Origin: an uncultured Clostridia bacterium
GTDB taxonomy: Bacteria > Bacillota > Clostridia > Oscillospirales > Ruminococcaceae
Assembly: GCA_947175385.1 (NCBI GenBank)
Contig: CAMWMN010000001.1
Coordinates: 1-63,781 of the forward strand
Reading direction: 5' to 3'
Length of the DNA stretch: 63,781 nt
Position numbers and translations under genes: made by a program. Within the stretch, counting starts at the first letter, position 1. The number at the start of each line of letters is the position of its first letter. The notes below the pieces were generated by a model. That model worked only from the letters and a program-made list of their open reading frames with translations. It was not told the DNA's origin and searched no databases. Shown one piece after another: positions 29,000-39,060 of the stretch.

Positions 29000-30166
29000 T
29001 TACTTGCCCAAGCTGTCCATAAACTTGGACTTGACGATCTCGGTAATTCTCACTGCGAAATTATCGTCAATAACCACCACATCGCCGCGCGCTATAAGGT
29101 TTCCGTTCACCACGATGTCAACGGGTGCGCCCGCCTGACGCTCAAGCTCGATTATCGTGCCTTGTGTGAACTCAAGAATGTCCTTCACCTTGCGGCGCGC
29201 CGTACCGATTTCCACGGATATTTCCAACGGAACGCCCATCAAGAGCTTCAGATTGTCTTTCTGGTCTGCGGGGATCCCGAAGTCCATTGCGTCAAACTGG
29301 TGGAGCTGCGCGTTCTGGACATTTACGGGAGGCGGAGGTGGCGGCGGATACGCGCCGTATGCCATATACTGGTTCGGATATCCATATCCTCCCGGTGGCA
29401 TCTGATACATCTGCGACATATCGCCCTGTGGCATCTGCGGCATTTGCGGCATCTGCGCCGCTTGAGGAGCCGCAGGTGCTGCTGATGCTGCCTGGGGAGC
29501 CGCCGGAGCGGGAGCTTCCACTGCAGGAGCGGGCTCAGGTTCTTCCTCCACATCAAACTTTTCAATCATCTTCCCAGAGAGGGTCTTTGCGAGCTGCAGC
29601 GACAGCACCGACATAAACTCACTCTCCATAACGCCGTCAACGGTAAGATTAAACGTTACCGCAACAATGGTTTCATCGGGATCCATCTCGCACAGGTCGC
29701 CAAACCGCGCGTTCTCGATGATATAGGGCATTGGAACGGAAATATCCACTGTCATACCCAAAAGGTCTGACAGCGCCGTTGCCGAAGCACCCATCATCTG
29801 GTTCATAACCTCGCTTACCGCACTGATGTTCAGTTCATCGAACTCAAAATCGGGGTCGATAACCAAAGGATTTCCCAACAACTGATTCAAAATCAATTGT
29901 ACGTCATTCTGCTTCAAAACCATCATATTAAGTCCCGTAAGACCCTCTACATATACGATTTTAACGCAGATTGCAGGCTCCAGGTTATCATAGTTCAAAT
30001 CCTTAACCTTTACAACATTGACCTGCGGAGTGGTAATCCATACCTTTGCGTTGAGCAGCTCTGAAACCGCTGTTGCCGCCGATCCCATACTGATGTTGAG
30101 AATCTCGCCGACAGCATCCGTTTCGTACGAGCTGAACTCAGTCAATTCGTCATTGCCGTTAGCCAT
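29000..30166 (-). CDS. fliY: flagellar motor switch phosphatase
   Basis: CheC-like GEILN and SEVMN motifs plus a C-terminal FliN/SpoA domain. Confidence 0.93.
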   Translation of the reverse strand: MANGNDELTEFSSYETDAVGEILNISMGSAATAVSELLNAKVWITTPQVNVVKVKDLNYDNLEPAICVKIVYVEGLTGLNMMVLKQNDVQLILNQLLGNPLVIDPDFEFDELNISAVSEVMNQMMGASATALSDLLGMTVDISVPMPYIIENARFGDLCEMDPDETIVAVTFNLTVDGVMESEFMSVLSLQLAKTLSGKMIEKFDVEEEPEPAPAVEAPAPAAPQAASAAPAAPQAAQMPQMPQMPQGDMSQMYQMPPGGYGYPNQYMAYGAYPPPPPPPVNVQNAQLHQFDAMDFGIPADQKDNLKLLMGVPLEISVEIGTARRKVKDILEFTQGTIIELERQAGAPVDIVVNGNLIARGDVVVIDDNFAVRITEIVKSKFMDSLGK

Positions 30167-30179
30167 TAGTACTTATACC

Positions 30180-31169
30180 TCAATTCTCTGTAAAATTTTC
30201 TATCATTATAGCTTTTTTATTGTTGTATGTACCAAGTTTTCCATCGCCCCATACTCTGTCTCCGACTTTGATGACGATGTTCTCGCTGATTTTCTTTTCC
30301 AGCGGGATCACATCATTGACCTGAAGTGTCAAAACCTCGTACAAATCAAGATTTATCATTCCAAGCACTGCCTTGACTTCAAGGTCAGTGGTGCTGATAC
30401 CAGTCATAATGATGTCGCGACGTTCCTGCTCACGTGCAGCATCGGTCTTGCGACGTTGTCCCGAGTATCTCGGAATGAACTTGCCCATAATTTCATCAAG
30501 ATTGATCGCAGGAATACATACCGAAATAATAGACTTTGAGTTGTTTATCTCAACCTCCAGTGCCACAATGATAACGGTATCCTCGTGTCCAATGGTCTGC
30601 ACCACTCTGGAGTTGGTTTCAATGCCAATTAAACGCGGCTCAAGATCGATATGCGACAGCCACGGCTCTTTAAGCAAATCAGCAAAGGATTTCATGACAT
30701 CTGTCATAATAGTGATCTCAATCTCGGTGAAATCACGGTTCAATTCGGAGAACTCGCCCTTTCCGCCCAACAGACGGTCAATCATTGTATAAGTGATCGT
30801 ATTGGAAACCTGCACAATTACGTCCGTTTCGCTGATTTCCTCATTCTTGATCCCGAGGTCGACCATTCCCATTACAACATAATCGGGAAGCGCGTTGTTG
30901 AACTCATTATAGCGCTGCTCCTCGATATTAACAAGGCTCACCCTGCTGTAAAGCCTCAGCTTGCCCGTGAGGTACGAGGACAGCAACCGCGCGTAATTCT
31001 CGAAAATACTCTCAAGGATCTTGATTTGTTCCTTGGTGAACTTTTTCGGCGCGCGGAAATCATATTCCTTAACCGCAGCCTCTTCGGTCTTGGTGACAAC
31101 AGGCTCGGCACCCATCGCAACGCTTTTCAGCATTTCATCAATTTGAGCCTGCGTTAATACGTCAGCCAC
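30180..31169 (-). CDS. fliM: flagellar motor switch protein
   Basis: VLTQAQIDEML, YDFRAP, DRLLGG.G. Confidence 0.95.
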   Translation of the reverse strand: MADVLTQAQIDEMLKSVAMGAEPVVTKTEEAAVKEYDFRAPKKFTKEQIKILESIFENYARLLSSYLTGKLRLYSRVSLVNIEEQRYNEFNNALPDYVVMGMVDLGIKNEEISETDVIVQVSNTITYTMIDRLLGGKGEFSELNRDFTEIEITIMTDVMKSFADLLKEPWLSHIDLEPRLIGIETNSRVVQTIGHEDTVIIVALEVEINNSKSIISVCIPAINLDEIMGKFIPRYSGQRRKTDAAREQERRDIIMTGISTTDLEVKAVLGMINLDLYEVLTLQVNDVIPLEKKISENIVIKVGDRVWGDGKLGTYNNKKAIMIENFTEN

Positions 31170-31196
31170 TTTTATTCCCCCCGACTTTTCGGTAGT

Positions 31197-32204
31197 TTAT
31201 TCGGATTCTCCTCCGCCGTTATCCGATCCGCTTTCTGCAGACGGCGCGAAATCATCAATATTCATAATCCCCGGACCAATTATGCCAACGCTCGTGACAT
31301 CATTGTCCTTAAACTTATTGTCGATAATCGCAATAATTTTGTCTGCGGAACCATCGGGCAACGTGCTAATATCTACCGGCTTCTGGTTACCGATATCAAA
31401 TGGATTCGATCCAATTCCGAAATCGTGCTCCAAAATATCCCGTATAACATCCTTATCGGTAATGTCAAGCTCGTTTTTGAGCATCATGATCTCAACACGA
31501 CGGTTTTTCTGCTGACCCTCCAACGTATCATTAGGTGCAATCGGCTCAGCATACCCCGCGCCGTGAATGCGATACTTGTTTTCGTCCAACGTAACATGAC
31601 GTCTATCGTTGAGGTAATTCGCGACCGACAAAGCACGCTCCGATGAGAGCCACCAGTCATTTATCACACTGTCGCGGATAAGACCGGTATACGATGTATG
31701 CCCAGAGATCGTCGCGGTATAGATACTCTGCTGAATCGCCTTGATTCCGGGAGAGATTCCGTCAAGGATCGCTCTGCCCTCGGGCTTGAGGATATAACTG
31801 TTACCGTCAAAGAACACGGAATCGTCGAAACGAATTGTAATATGTGCCGCACCCTGTTCCACCGAAACATTATCGGAGAGATTATTATTCTCAATATAAT
31901 CCGAAAGGTACTGATACAGCTCCTCAAAGCTTTGAGGCATACTGCCCTCGCCGCCGATGTTGGTAGTATTGTCGGTAGTTCCGCCATTGGCTTCCGCCGA
32001 AGGATCATGTTCGCTCACATACGGATTCACATATTTTCCGCGCGACTGAAACGCCTGCAAAATATACTGCATCTTGGTTTCATCAAGATTCGAGCAAGCG
32101 AACAACAACACGAAGAACGTCAGCAACAGCGTAACCATATCTGCGTATGTATTTAGCCAGTCACCTACATTGTCATTTCCCTTTTTCGGAGGCATCTTTG
32201 CCAT
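31197..32204 (-). CDS. motB: flagellar stator protein (OmpA/MotB)
   Basis: WLNTYADMVTLLLTFFV, LSSERA, NRRVEI. Confidence 0.93.
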   Translation of the reverse strand: MAKMPPKKGNDNVGDWLNTYADMVTLLLTFFVLLFACSNLDETKMQYILQAFQSRGKYVNPYVSEHDPSAEANGGTTDNTTNIGGEGSMPQSFEELYQYLSDYIENNNLSDNVSVEQGAAHITIRFDDSVFFDGNSYILKPEGRAILDGISPGIKAIQQSIYTATISGHTSYTGLIRDSVINDWWLSSERALSVANYLNDRRHVTLDENKYRIHGAGYAEPIAPNDTLEGQQKNRRVEIMMLKNELDITDKDVIRDILEHDFGIGSNPFDIGNQKPVDISTLPDGSADKIIAIIDNKFKDNDVTSVGIIGPGIMNIDDFAPSAESGSDNGGGESE

Positions 32205-32278
32205 TTCGCATCGCTCCTTTCACATATGGTCTGTCCATCGGACAACGTCAACAGACCATACAATTCACACTCTATAAT

Positions 32279-32307
32279 ATTATAACACATCTTTTCGAAA
32301 AAAGCAA
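32279..32307 (-). promoter_or_regulatory. internal sigma-A-like promoter between motA and motB (TTGCTT-17-TATAAT, extended TG)
   Basis: Consensus -10 with TG and 17-bp spacer in an AT-rich 172-bp gap. Confidence 0.55.
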
Positions 32308-32376
32308 ATACTTTTTTTACTTTTTTTTGATTTTGGATATAATATTATGTATTTTTCACAAAAAATTCCGCTGAAA

Positions 32377-33177
32377 TCACTTCTTATCGGCAGAATGTTG
32401 ATTTTTCGGGAGCATAAACTCCAGTTTCTCCTGAATATAACGTGGATTTGAACCGCCCGCTATCGCAAGCACGCCCTCCTCAACGATCTGCATACACAAA
32501 AGCTCATCATCGTGGCTGTTTTTCAGTGCCATTCCGACAGGCGCAAACAATACGTTTGCGAACAAGGAGCCGTAGAACGTTGTGATAAGAGCCGTTGCCA
32601 TACCGCCCGTAAGTCCCGACATACCGTTAGGGTCGTTCAGGTCGATACGACCAAGCATATTGATAAGTCCGATAAGCGTACCCAACATTCCGAATGCCGG
32701 AAATATCGAAACGCCCTTATCAAAGAACGCTCTGCCCTGCTCGTGACGCTCACACATAAACATAATCGTGTCGTCAAGCATTCCGCGAACCTTTTCGGGG
32801 TCGTTCGCATCGACGATCAGCATAAGGCTGGACTTCATAAACGGATCGGTACATTGGTTTGCGCTCTCCTCAAGCGCGAGCAGTCCGCGCGTTCTTGCAA
32901 CCTGCGCGTATTCGACGATCTGGCTTATATACTTGGTTGGATCGAACTTCTTTGGCTTGATTGCAAGCATCAACCGCTTGGGAACCTGCTTGAGGTAGGA
33001 CATCGGGAATGATGCGACCAGACAGCCGATCGTACCGCCCACGGTAATCGCCAGCGACTGGACTTCTATAAAGAGCATTGCATTCTCGGGAACCAAGCCG
33101 TTTGATGTGTCGAAAATAATACCGAAAATTACCAGTGCGAATGAGAGAACCCATCCGATAATCAGTGATAAATTCAA
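32377..33177 (-). CDS. motA: flagellar stator protein
   Basis: AR.RGLLALE, PAFGMLGTLIGL, ALITTFYG. Confidence 0.95.
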   Translation of the reverse strand: MNLSLIIGWVLSFALVIFGIIFDTSNGLVPENAMLFIEVQSLAITVGGTIGCLVASFPMSYLKQVPKRLMLAIKPKKFDPTKYISQIVEYAQVARTRGLLALEESANQCTDPFMKSSLMLIVDANDPEKVRGMLDDTIMFMCERHEQGRAFFDKGVSIFPAFGMLGTLIGLINMLGRIDLNDPNGMSGLTGGMATALITTFYGSLFANVLFAPVGMALKNSHDDELLCMQIVEEGVLAIAGGSNPRYIQEKLEFMLPKNQHSADKK

Positions 33178-33229
33178 AACATATCCCTCACTTCTGTGTT
33201 TTTTTAGCTGAATACGGGGTTATGCCCCA

Positions 33230-33451
33230 TTATGTTAAAGGCTCGCTGTCGGTACGCGGTCGAAACCGCGCTCTGCGCCGCTGCCTGATATTTTCGCGAA
33301 TTTTTTCTTGAAGCTCCGATATGCTCTCACGGACAATGTAGCTGTGACCGTTTTCCAGTACGATTACTGTGTCGGGGGTTTCGTTTACCGTTTCGATCAA
33401 ATCATCATTGAGCATAAAGGTTGTGCCGTCAAGCTTTGTTAAAATTACCAT
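33230..33451 (-). CDS. flbD: flagellar FlbD family protein
   Basis: LTKLDG..F.LN.DLIE...TPDT.I. Confidence 0.9.
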   Translation of the reverse strand: MVILTKLDGTTFMLNDDLIETVNETPDTVIVLENGHSYIVRESISELQEKIRENIRQRRRARFRPRTDSEPLT

Positions 33452-33526
33452 ACTTACCTCAAAAAATCACCCAATCGCCGCGGAACCGCAGTCCCGCGGC
33501 AGGGTTGTATTTATTAGTATAACAGA

Positions 33527-35581
33527 TTATCTCTTAAGAGATAACAGCTCCTCGATCATTGTATCGGAAACTGTGATTACACGTGAGTTTGCCTGATAAC
33601 CTCTCTGGGTGGTGATCATATTCGTAAACTCGTCCGCGAGGTCTACGTTGGACATTTCCAACGCGCCGGAAACAACTTCGCCCGCACCCTCTGTGCCGGG
33701 AACATTGAGCTTCACGGGTCCGGAAGCAACTGTTTCCTTGAACATCGTGCCGCCTACCTTTTGAAGACCGTTATTGTTGTCAAATGTTGCCAAATCAATT
33801 CTGCCGATTTCGATGTAACCGTGAATCGCGTGCTTAGCGATGATTCTGCCGTCCGCCTGAATGGTGAAGTCGGTAACGTTGCCCCAGGACTGCTCGCTGC
33901 CCGTGCGTCCGTTTTCGAGGGCGAATGTGCCGAGCTTCTTGGCGGTTTCGGTGTAGAACGAGTCCTTGCCGTCTGCGGGTCTTACTGCGGGGTAGTCGCC
34001 GAAGAACGCCGCGCGCGCACCAGGATTCCAGACATCGGCAGCATCCTTTGTCGGTACACCTGTAACATTACCGTTAGCGTCTCTGGTCGCGTATGTACCG
34101 TCGTACCCATTGCCGTACTCCAGACCGCTTATCTGATTGAACTTAAGAATCTTCTTTTCAACGCCGCGCGCCGCCGCCTTAATCGCCTCGTTTACCTCGG
34201 CAATCGTTGTGTTGTCGCAAATTATAATGTTCAGGTTGTTTTCGTCCCATACCGCGTTGGTCTTGTCATAGCCGCCGACATATGAGAAAGTTACCTTGTA
34301 GTTGTTTGCGTACTCGCCCTCAACCATTGCCTCAAGCTCGAACGCGCCATCGGTGCTGTCCACTACGCCGGCAAGAGCCTGCGCAGGCAGACCGCCAATC
34401 GCTGAAAGCACCTTTGCTCTATTCGAACCGGAGGGCATTACAAATCCCGTAACCTTCAGCTCGGGAGCTTCCGAGTTTTCTTTAAGGTGCGCCTTGATTG
34501 CGTTGGTGATGTCCGCTGCCACGGTATCATCATAAACGGTAATTGCCCATGTGCCGGGGTTACCGTTTGTTCCCGCTGTATAAGTCGCTGATGCTGCATT
34601 TGTGCCTGCGGTCGCATTGCCAGCAGTGTAATTGATTTTAACGGTGTCCTTGTTGGTATTGTCCTCCACCGAGAAGCCGACATACGCGTGCTTTGCAACC
34701 GTACCTGCGTCAGCCGGAATTGTTCCGTCGTCATTATACGATACGTGGAACTGCGTGCTTGCGGTGGTGGTAGAGAATCTCAAACCAGAAATCTCATTGT
34801 GCGCGGTAAGAGCCTCTGTATCGTTAGGAACAGACTCAAAGCTGAAGTTCAACTGAACTTCATCGGGAAGCGAAACGCCGCCCGCTTTAAGAGCCAGCGC
34901 GATCGCGTCCTCGAAATCCTGCTGAGAATTGTATTGCTCATCGCGGTTGAAGAATATCGTCAAAATGCTGTCCGAGAAAGACGCAAACGGATAGGTGCTG
35001 TCCACGAAGGAAACCGTCATATCCGTGTAGTTGGACGGCGCTGTAACCGACAGGGTAACGTTTGTGCCGTTTACCATCTTGGTAGCCGAAGAGGTATTCG
35101 CGTTCGTATCAGGGATTACCGCGCGGATGATCTCCGTGCCGGGCTGCTGACCCTCGGAGTTTCCGTTTACACCGAGAACGTGATAACCATCAGCATTTAC
35201 GAGGTATCCGTAATCGTCAAAGTGGAAGTTACCCTGACGAGTGTAGTAAATGTTGCCCGAGCCGTCCATTACCTGGAAGAAGCCGTTGCCGTTGATTGCC
35301 AGGTCCTCGACCTTATCCGACGAAGTGTAACCCGACTGAGACATATTCGCCTCAACTGCGTTTACCTGAACGCCGTAACCAACCATTCTGGGGTTTACGC
35401 CGCCCAATGTAGAAGTTGCGCCCGAGGGGCTTCTCTTGGTCTGATAGAACGAATCCTTGAAAGTAACTACATCGGTCTTGTAACCAACGGTGTTTACGTT
35501 AGCTACGTTGTTACCGATAACGTCCATTCTCTGCTGGTGGGCTTTCATGCCCGTAACACCTGTGAAAAGTGATTTAACCAT
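33527..35581 (-). CDS. flgE: flagellar hook protein with a large insertion (684 aa)
   Basis: GNNVANVNTVGYK, YYTRQGNF, LEMSNVDLADEF..QRGYQANSR. Confidence 0.92.
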   Translation of the reverse strand: MVKSLFTGVTGMKAHQQRMDVIGNNVANVNTVGYKTDVVTFKDSFYQTKRSPSGATSTLGGVNPRMVGYGVQVNAVEANMSQSGYTSSDKVEDLAINGNGFFQVMDGSGNIYYTRQGNFHFDDYGYLVNADGYHVLGVNGNSEGQQPGTEIIRAVIPDTNANTSSATKMVNGTNVTLSVTAPSNYTDMTVSFVDSTYPFASFSDSILTIFFNRDEQYNSQQDFEDAIALALKAGGVSLPDEVQLNFSFESVPNDTEALTAHNEISGLRFSTTTASTQFHVSYNDDGTIPADAGTVAKHAYVGFSVEDNTNKDTVKINYTAGNATAGTNAASATYTAGTNGNPGTWAITVYDDTVAADITNAIKAHLKENSEAPELKVTGFVMPSGSNRAKVLSAIGGLPAQALAGVVDSTDGAFELEAMVEGEYANNYKVTFSYVGGYDKTNAVWDENNLNIIICDNTTIAEVNEAIKAAARGVEKKILKFNQISGLEYGNGYDGTYATRDANGNVTGVPTKDAADVWNPGARAAFFGDYPAVRPADGKDSFYTETAKKLGTFALENGRTGSEQSWGNVTDFTIQADGRIIAKHAIHGYIEIGRIDLATFDNNNGLQKVGGTMFKETVASGPVKLNVPGTEGAGEVVSGALEMSNVDLADEFTNMITTQRGYQANSRVITVSDTMIEELLSLKR

Positions 35582-35662
35582 TTAATTGACCTCCATTTAA
35601 TTTGTGATTCCCCGTGTGGAGAGCCTCATTCGCAGGCTCTCCGTGAATTCCCGAAGGTCCGT

Positions 35663-36064
35663 TCACATGATTACGGTGGAATCTATGTTCGTAAAAATAT
35701 TGCCTTTTAATTCCTCTTGCGGAATTGTCGTAATAACCTTGTTGTTCTTGACGCTCACGACAAACGCGTTCTGCCCCACAAGCACCAGCGTTTCGCTGCT
35801 GCCCTTATCGGCGGCGATTTCCACGCCTTTGTTCAGTCTGTCCAGCGTATCTCCCTCGGTGATGTCGATGCTGCGCTCACTAAGCCGCTGCATTGCGTGC
35901 TTTGAGAACTCCACGCCTTGTTTTCCGTTAAGCCTCTCGGCAAGCGCTTCGGCGAAGCTGCCGTTTTCCTCGGGCGGAATATTTACCGTGCTTTTGACAT
36001 TTCCCGTTGTGATGTTGGTAACGCCGAGCTGACCGCGAAGCGCAAGATACTCGCTAATCAGCAT
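35663..36064 (-). CDS. flagellar operon protein (TIGR02530-like)
   Basis: FSKHA..RL..R.I and NIFTNIDS. Confidence 0.88.
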   Translation of the reverse strand: MLISEYLALRGQLGVTNITTGNVKSTVNIPPEENGSFAEALAERLNGKQGVEFSKHAMQRLSERSIDITEGDTLDRLNKGVEIAADKGSSETLVLVGQNAFVVSVKNNKVITTIPQEELKGNIFTNIDSTVIM

Positions 36065-36084
36065 AATAAGCCTCCTTGCTTATA

Positions 36085-36879
36085 TCAAGCCTCTGATTCA
36101 ACCAAATCCTCCACAGGAGCGTCTCCGCCGTCATCGGGTTTTTTGTTGCCCGAATTTTCGGTGCTTCCGTCATTGGGAGTCTGCGGAACGTCCACTACAT
36201 ATTTTACGGTAACCTCGGTGATGTCCTCAATGGGGAAATTTCCGTTACCTATTGTCTTTCCGTCTTTGTCGATCAAAACTGCGGTAATCTTGCCGTCCTT
36301 GACCTTGATGGAATCTATCCAACCCTGCGAGATACTGTCGCCGTTCTTAACGGTAACATACATTCCCACCAGTGACGCTGCTTTCGCGATGCTGTCGCCG
36401 AGCGGTGTATTTACAGTGTCGGTCTTGTTGCCGGAGTCGGTTTTCGAAGTGGAATCCAGAACCGATGTAATCTGAGAAAGGTTGTACGTTTCGCCGTCAA
36501 TCGTCAGTGTGTAGGTATTGTTCTTACCCGCAACGACTTTTTCTACAACACCCGTCTTGATAACCGCCTTTGTGCCTTGCATCTTGGTGGCGGTGACGGT
36601 CTTTCCCGCAAGTGACGACGCGTAATTTGCCATTGAGTACTTGCTGGCGTCCTGCATATACTGCATTGACGAGAATGTAGCAAGCTGCGAGATGAACTCG
36701 GTATTGGATGTAGGCTCCAACGGGTCTTGGTTGGACATTTCCGCCACAAGCAGCTTCAGGAACGTTTCTTGGTTTACAAGTTCCTTGTTTGAATCAACAA
36801 ATTTGTCCTTGAATCTCTCATAGTTGGCTTGGATCTGCTCCGCGCCGGTTAAATATGTGCCATTAACCGAATCAGCCAT
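36085..36879 (-). CDS. flgD: flagellar hook capping protein
   Basis: FLKLLVAEMSNQDPLEP..EFISQLATFS. Confidence 0.92.
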   Translation of the reverse strand: MADSVNGTYLTGAEQIQANYERFKDKFVDSNKELVNQETFLKLLVAEMSNQDPLEPTSNTEFISQLATFSSMQYMQDASKYSMANYASSLAGKTVTATKMQGTKAVIKTGVVEKVVAGKNNTYTLTIDGETYNLSQITSVLDSTSKTDSGNKTDTVNTPLGDSIAKAASLVGMYVTVKNGDSISQGWIDSIKVKDGKITAVLIDKDGKTIGNGNFPIEDITEVTVKYVVDVPQTPNDGSTENSGNKKPDDGGDAPVEDLVESEA

Positions 36880-36894
36880 TTTCTTCCTCCTTTC

Positions 36895-38376
36895 TTACAT
36901 TGCCGCGATGATTTCCGCGAAAGACTTATCCTCGGAATTTCCCTCCGCTTGTGGATCATCCTCGCGGTAATACGGATTCTTGCTGCTGCCGTTGTAATCC
37001 TGGGCTGTGGTTTCCTGTTGGCTCTCCGAAACGGTTTGCCAGCTCTCCAACTGGATTCCGTTGGAACGCAGATTGCTCTGCATAAGCTCACTGTTTCGCT
37101 CAAGAATGCGCTGTGTGTTGGCATTCTCCGCCGCAATCGTTACCGAAACCGCACCGTCTGCCGCCTTAGTGAGCTTTACAGTGATTTTGCCCAGCTCTTC
37201 GGGATTCAGCGTAATGCTGTACTCGGTGTCCGCCTTGTTTTCGGAAACCGCCTTGGTAACGACTTCCATCGCCTGCCTTACAACTTCGCTCGGCTTAACG
37301 GAGATTTCGCTTCCGTCCTCGCGTGTGAACACCACGGGACTGTCCGTCATCAGCGGATTTGCCGCCTGAACGGGCTTTGCCTCGTCCTTGGGAGCTTCGA
37401 TTTCAAACTCCTTGGGCGCGGACTTCACCGCCTTTGCGTTACGGAGCATTTCCAACTCCTCGACGAGCTTCTTTGCGCGGTCGTCAAGCTGTTGTGATTC
37501 CGCCGCGTTTGCATTCGGCTTCACTGCTTGCGCTGTTGCGGTCTTGACCTCGTTTCTCTCCGCAGATTCAACCACGCGGGGCTGTTCAAGAGAACCATCC
37601 TTTACGGCTTTTTCGAGAATCGTCTGCGTTTCGGCTGAGAACGTTTCCTCAACAACCGCCGTTTTTGCGCTCTCACTCGGAACAAACAAGTCCGCATTCA
37701 CGGATTGCTCCGCCTGCTCCTGACCCTCGGACGCCGTTTCAACCATTCGATCGATGATTTCGGCGATAAAGCCTTCGTCATATGTTGACTGCTCCAAATC
37801 CGCCGCAATCGGCAAACCGTTGCTCAGCGACTCCATCAGTTCGGATATTGCGCCCACGGCTTCCGTTTTTTCGGTTTCGCCCGCGCGGATTCGGTTCAGA
37901 ATCAGGAGAATATCCATCTCCATACTATCAATCAACTGCGCAAGCTGCTCCTGAGCGTTCGCCGCCTCTGCGGGATTGAACACATTGGACTTCATCTTCT
38001 CGCCGAGATTCTCGAACTTCTCGTCCTCATCGTCCTTATCGCGCTTCGCAAGCCGCTTTGCAACCGCAAGCATCAGCAAAAACCTCGGCGTAATGCGCTC
38101 TGCGGGAACGTCCTTGATGTCCACCTTGCCGCTTACCACCGCCATAGCCAACTCCAAATCGTCCAATTGGCTGAAGTCCACATAATCGGACGTTTCAACG
38201 GTTTCTGCGGTTTCCACCCGCGTAATCTCCTCCGCGCCGCCAACCTCGTTCAGAATCCGCATAAAATGATTCTCTTGCAGATCTGCCTGTTCAACGCGCT
38301 GCGGAAGCGCCGCATCGCTAATCATAAAATCTGCGCGGTAATTGCCCGTGCTGCCCATACTCATAGATACTGTCAT
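36895..38376 (-). CDS. fliK: flagellar hook-length control protein
   Basis: C-terminal ITLNPEELGKITV domain; synteny. Confidence 0.85.
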   Translation of the reverse strand: MTVSMSMGSTGNYRADFMISDAALPQRVEQADLQENHFMRILNEVGGAEEITRVETAETVETSDYVDFSQLDDLELAMAVVSGKVDIKDVPAERITPRFLLMLAVAKRLAKRDKDDEDEKFENLGEKMKSNVFNPAEAANAQEQLAQLIDSMEMDILLILNRIRAGETEKTEAVGAISELMESLSNGLPIAADLEQSTYDEGFIAEIIDRMVETASEGQEQAEQSVNADLFVPSESAKTAVVEETFSAETQTILEKAVKDGSLEQPRVVESAERNEVKTATAQAVKPNANAAESQQLDDRAKKLVEELEMLRNAKAVKSAPKEFEIEAPKDEAKPVQAANPLMTDSPVVFTREDGSEISVKPSEVVRQAMEVVTKAVSENKADTEYSITLNPEELGKITVKLTKAADGAVSVTIAAENANTQRILERNSELMQSNLRSNGIQLESWQTVSESQQETTAQDYNGSSKNPYYREDDPQAEGNSEDKSFAEIIAAM

Positions 38377-38401
38377 TTGTACACCTCCTTATCTTGAATT
38401 T

Positions 38402-38507
38402 GAAATTCCGAAACCGTTCCTCAACCCTTGCTTCGCAAGAATTTCGTCACTATCCGAGAGTCCCGTCACACCTTCGGTGTGACACGCCGTTCGATTTTCG
38501 AAATTTC
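38402..38507 (-). repeat. dispersed structured element, copy H (before the fliK RBS)
   Basis: GAAAUUUCGAAA/UUUCGGAAUUUC stem; GTCACACCGAAGGTGTGAC and CTTGCGAAGCAAG hairpins. Confidence 0.78.
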
Positions 38508-38559
38508 TTCGCGTCTTATGGTACGCTATATATCAAGGCATTTAGCCAAGATACCGTAA

Positions 38560-39012
38560 TTATTCGCCGCTTGCCGCGCGAACGGACTGGGAGCTTACAA
38601 ACTCCTCGATGAATAACTCGTTTTCCTTGTTTGCGGCGTTTTTATACTCCTCAAGCTGTTTCTCTTCGAGCTTTTCAAGCGTTTTGACTTCCTTTGTTGC
38701 CTCCACGACAACCGATAATTGCTCCTCGATTTCACGCTGCTTTTCAATCGCTTGCTGTTCGCGCAGGTGAATTTCCTGTTGGAGCGTGACTATATACCGC
38801 TTGCGCATGGCGATGTCCGAGGCGGTTGAGCCTAATCGGTACACCCTGTCAAGCTGTTCGCTCTGCTCAGTGACTTTAGTCACCAACAGCTCGCGCGACT
38901 CCTCGATTTGCCGCTTTTCCGCCTGAAGCGCCGACAGAATGTTCTTCTGCCTGTCAAGCTCCTGTTGACGGAAATCCATCAGCTTTTGCAGTGAGAATTG
39001 GAATTTCTTCAA
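38560..39012 (-). CDS. fliJ: flagellar export protein
   Basis: MKKFQFSLQKL, coiled coil; directly after fliI. Confidence 0.9.
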   Translation of the reverse strand: MKKFQFSLQKLMDFRQQELDRQKNILSALQAEKRQIEESRELLVTKVTEQSEQLDRVYRLGSTASDIAMRKRYIVTLQQEIHLREQQAIEKQREIEEQLSVVVEATKEVKTLEKLEEKQLEEYKNAANKENELFIEEFVSSQSVRAASGE

Positions 39013-39060
39013 CTCTTATCCCTCTTATCTTAATTTGCAACTCTGAAACCGCGCCTCAAA

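Noticed and set aside
13011-38507. Structured elements as integron attC sites or type III antitoxin repeats
   Set aside because: No RYYYAAC/GTTRRRY ends, no integrase, they lie between core flagellar genes, and they are not tandem repeats next to the ToxN-like gene
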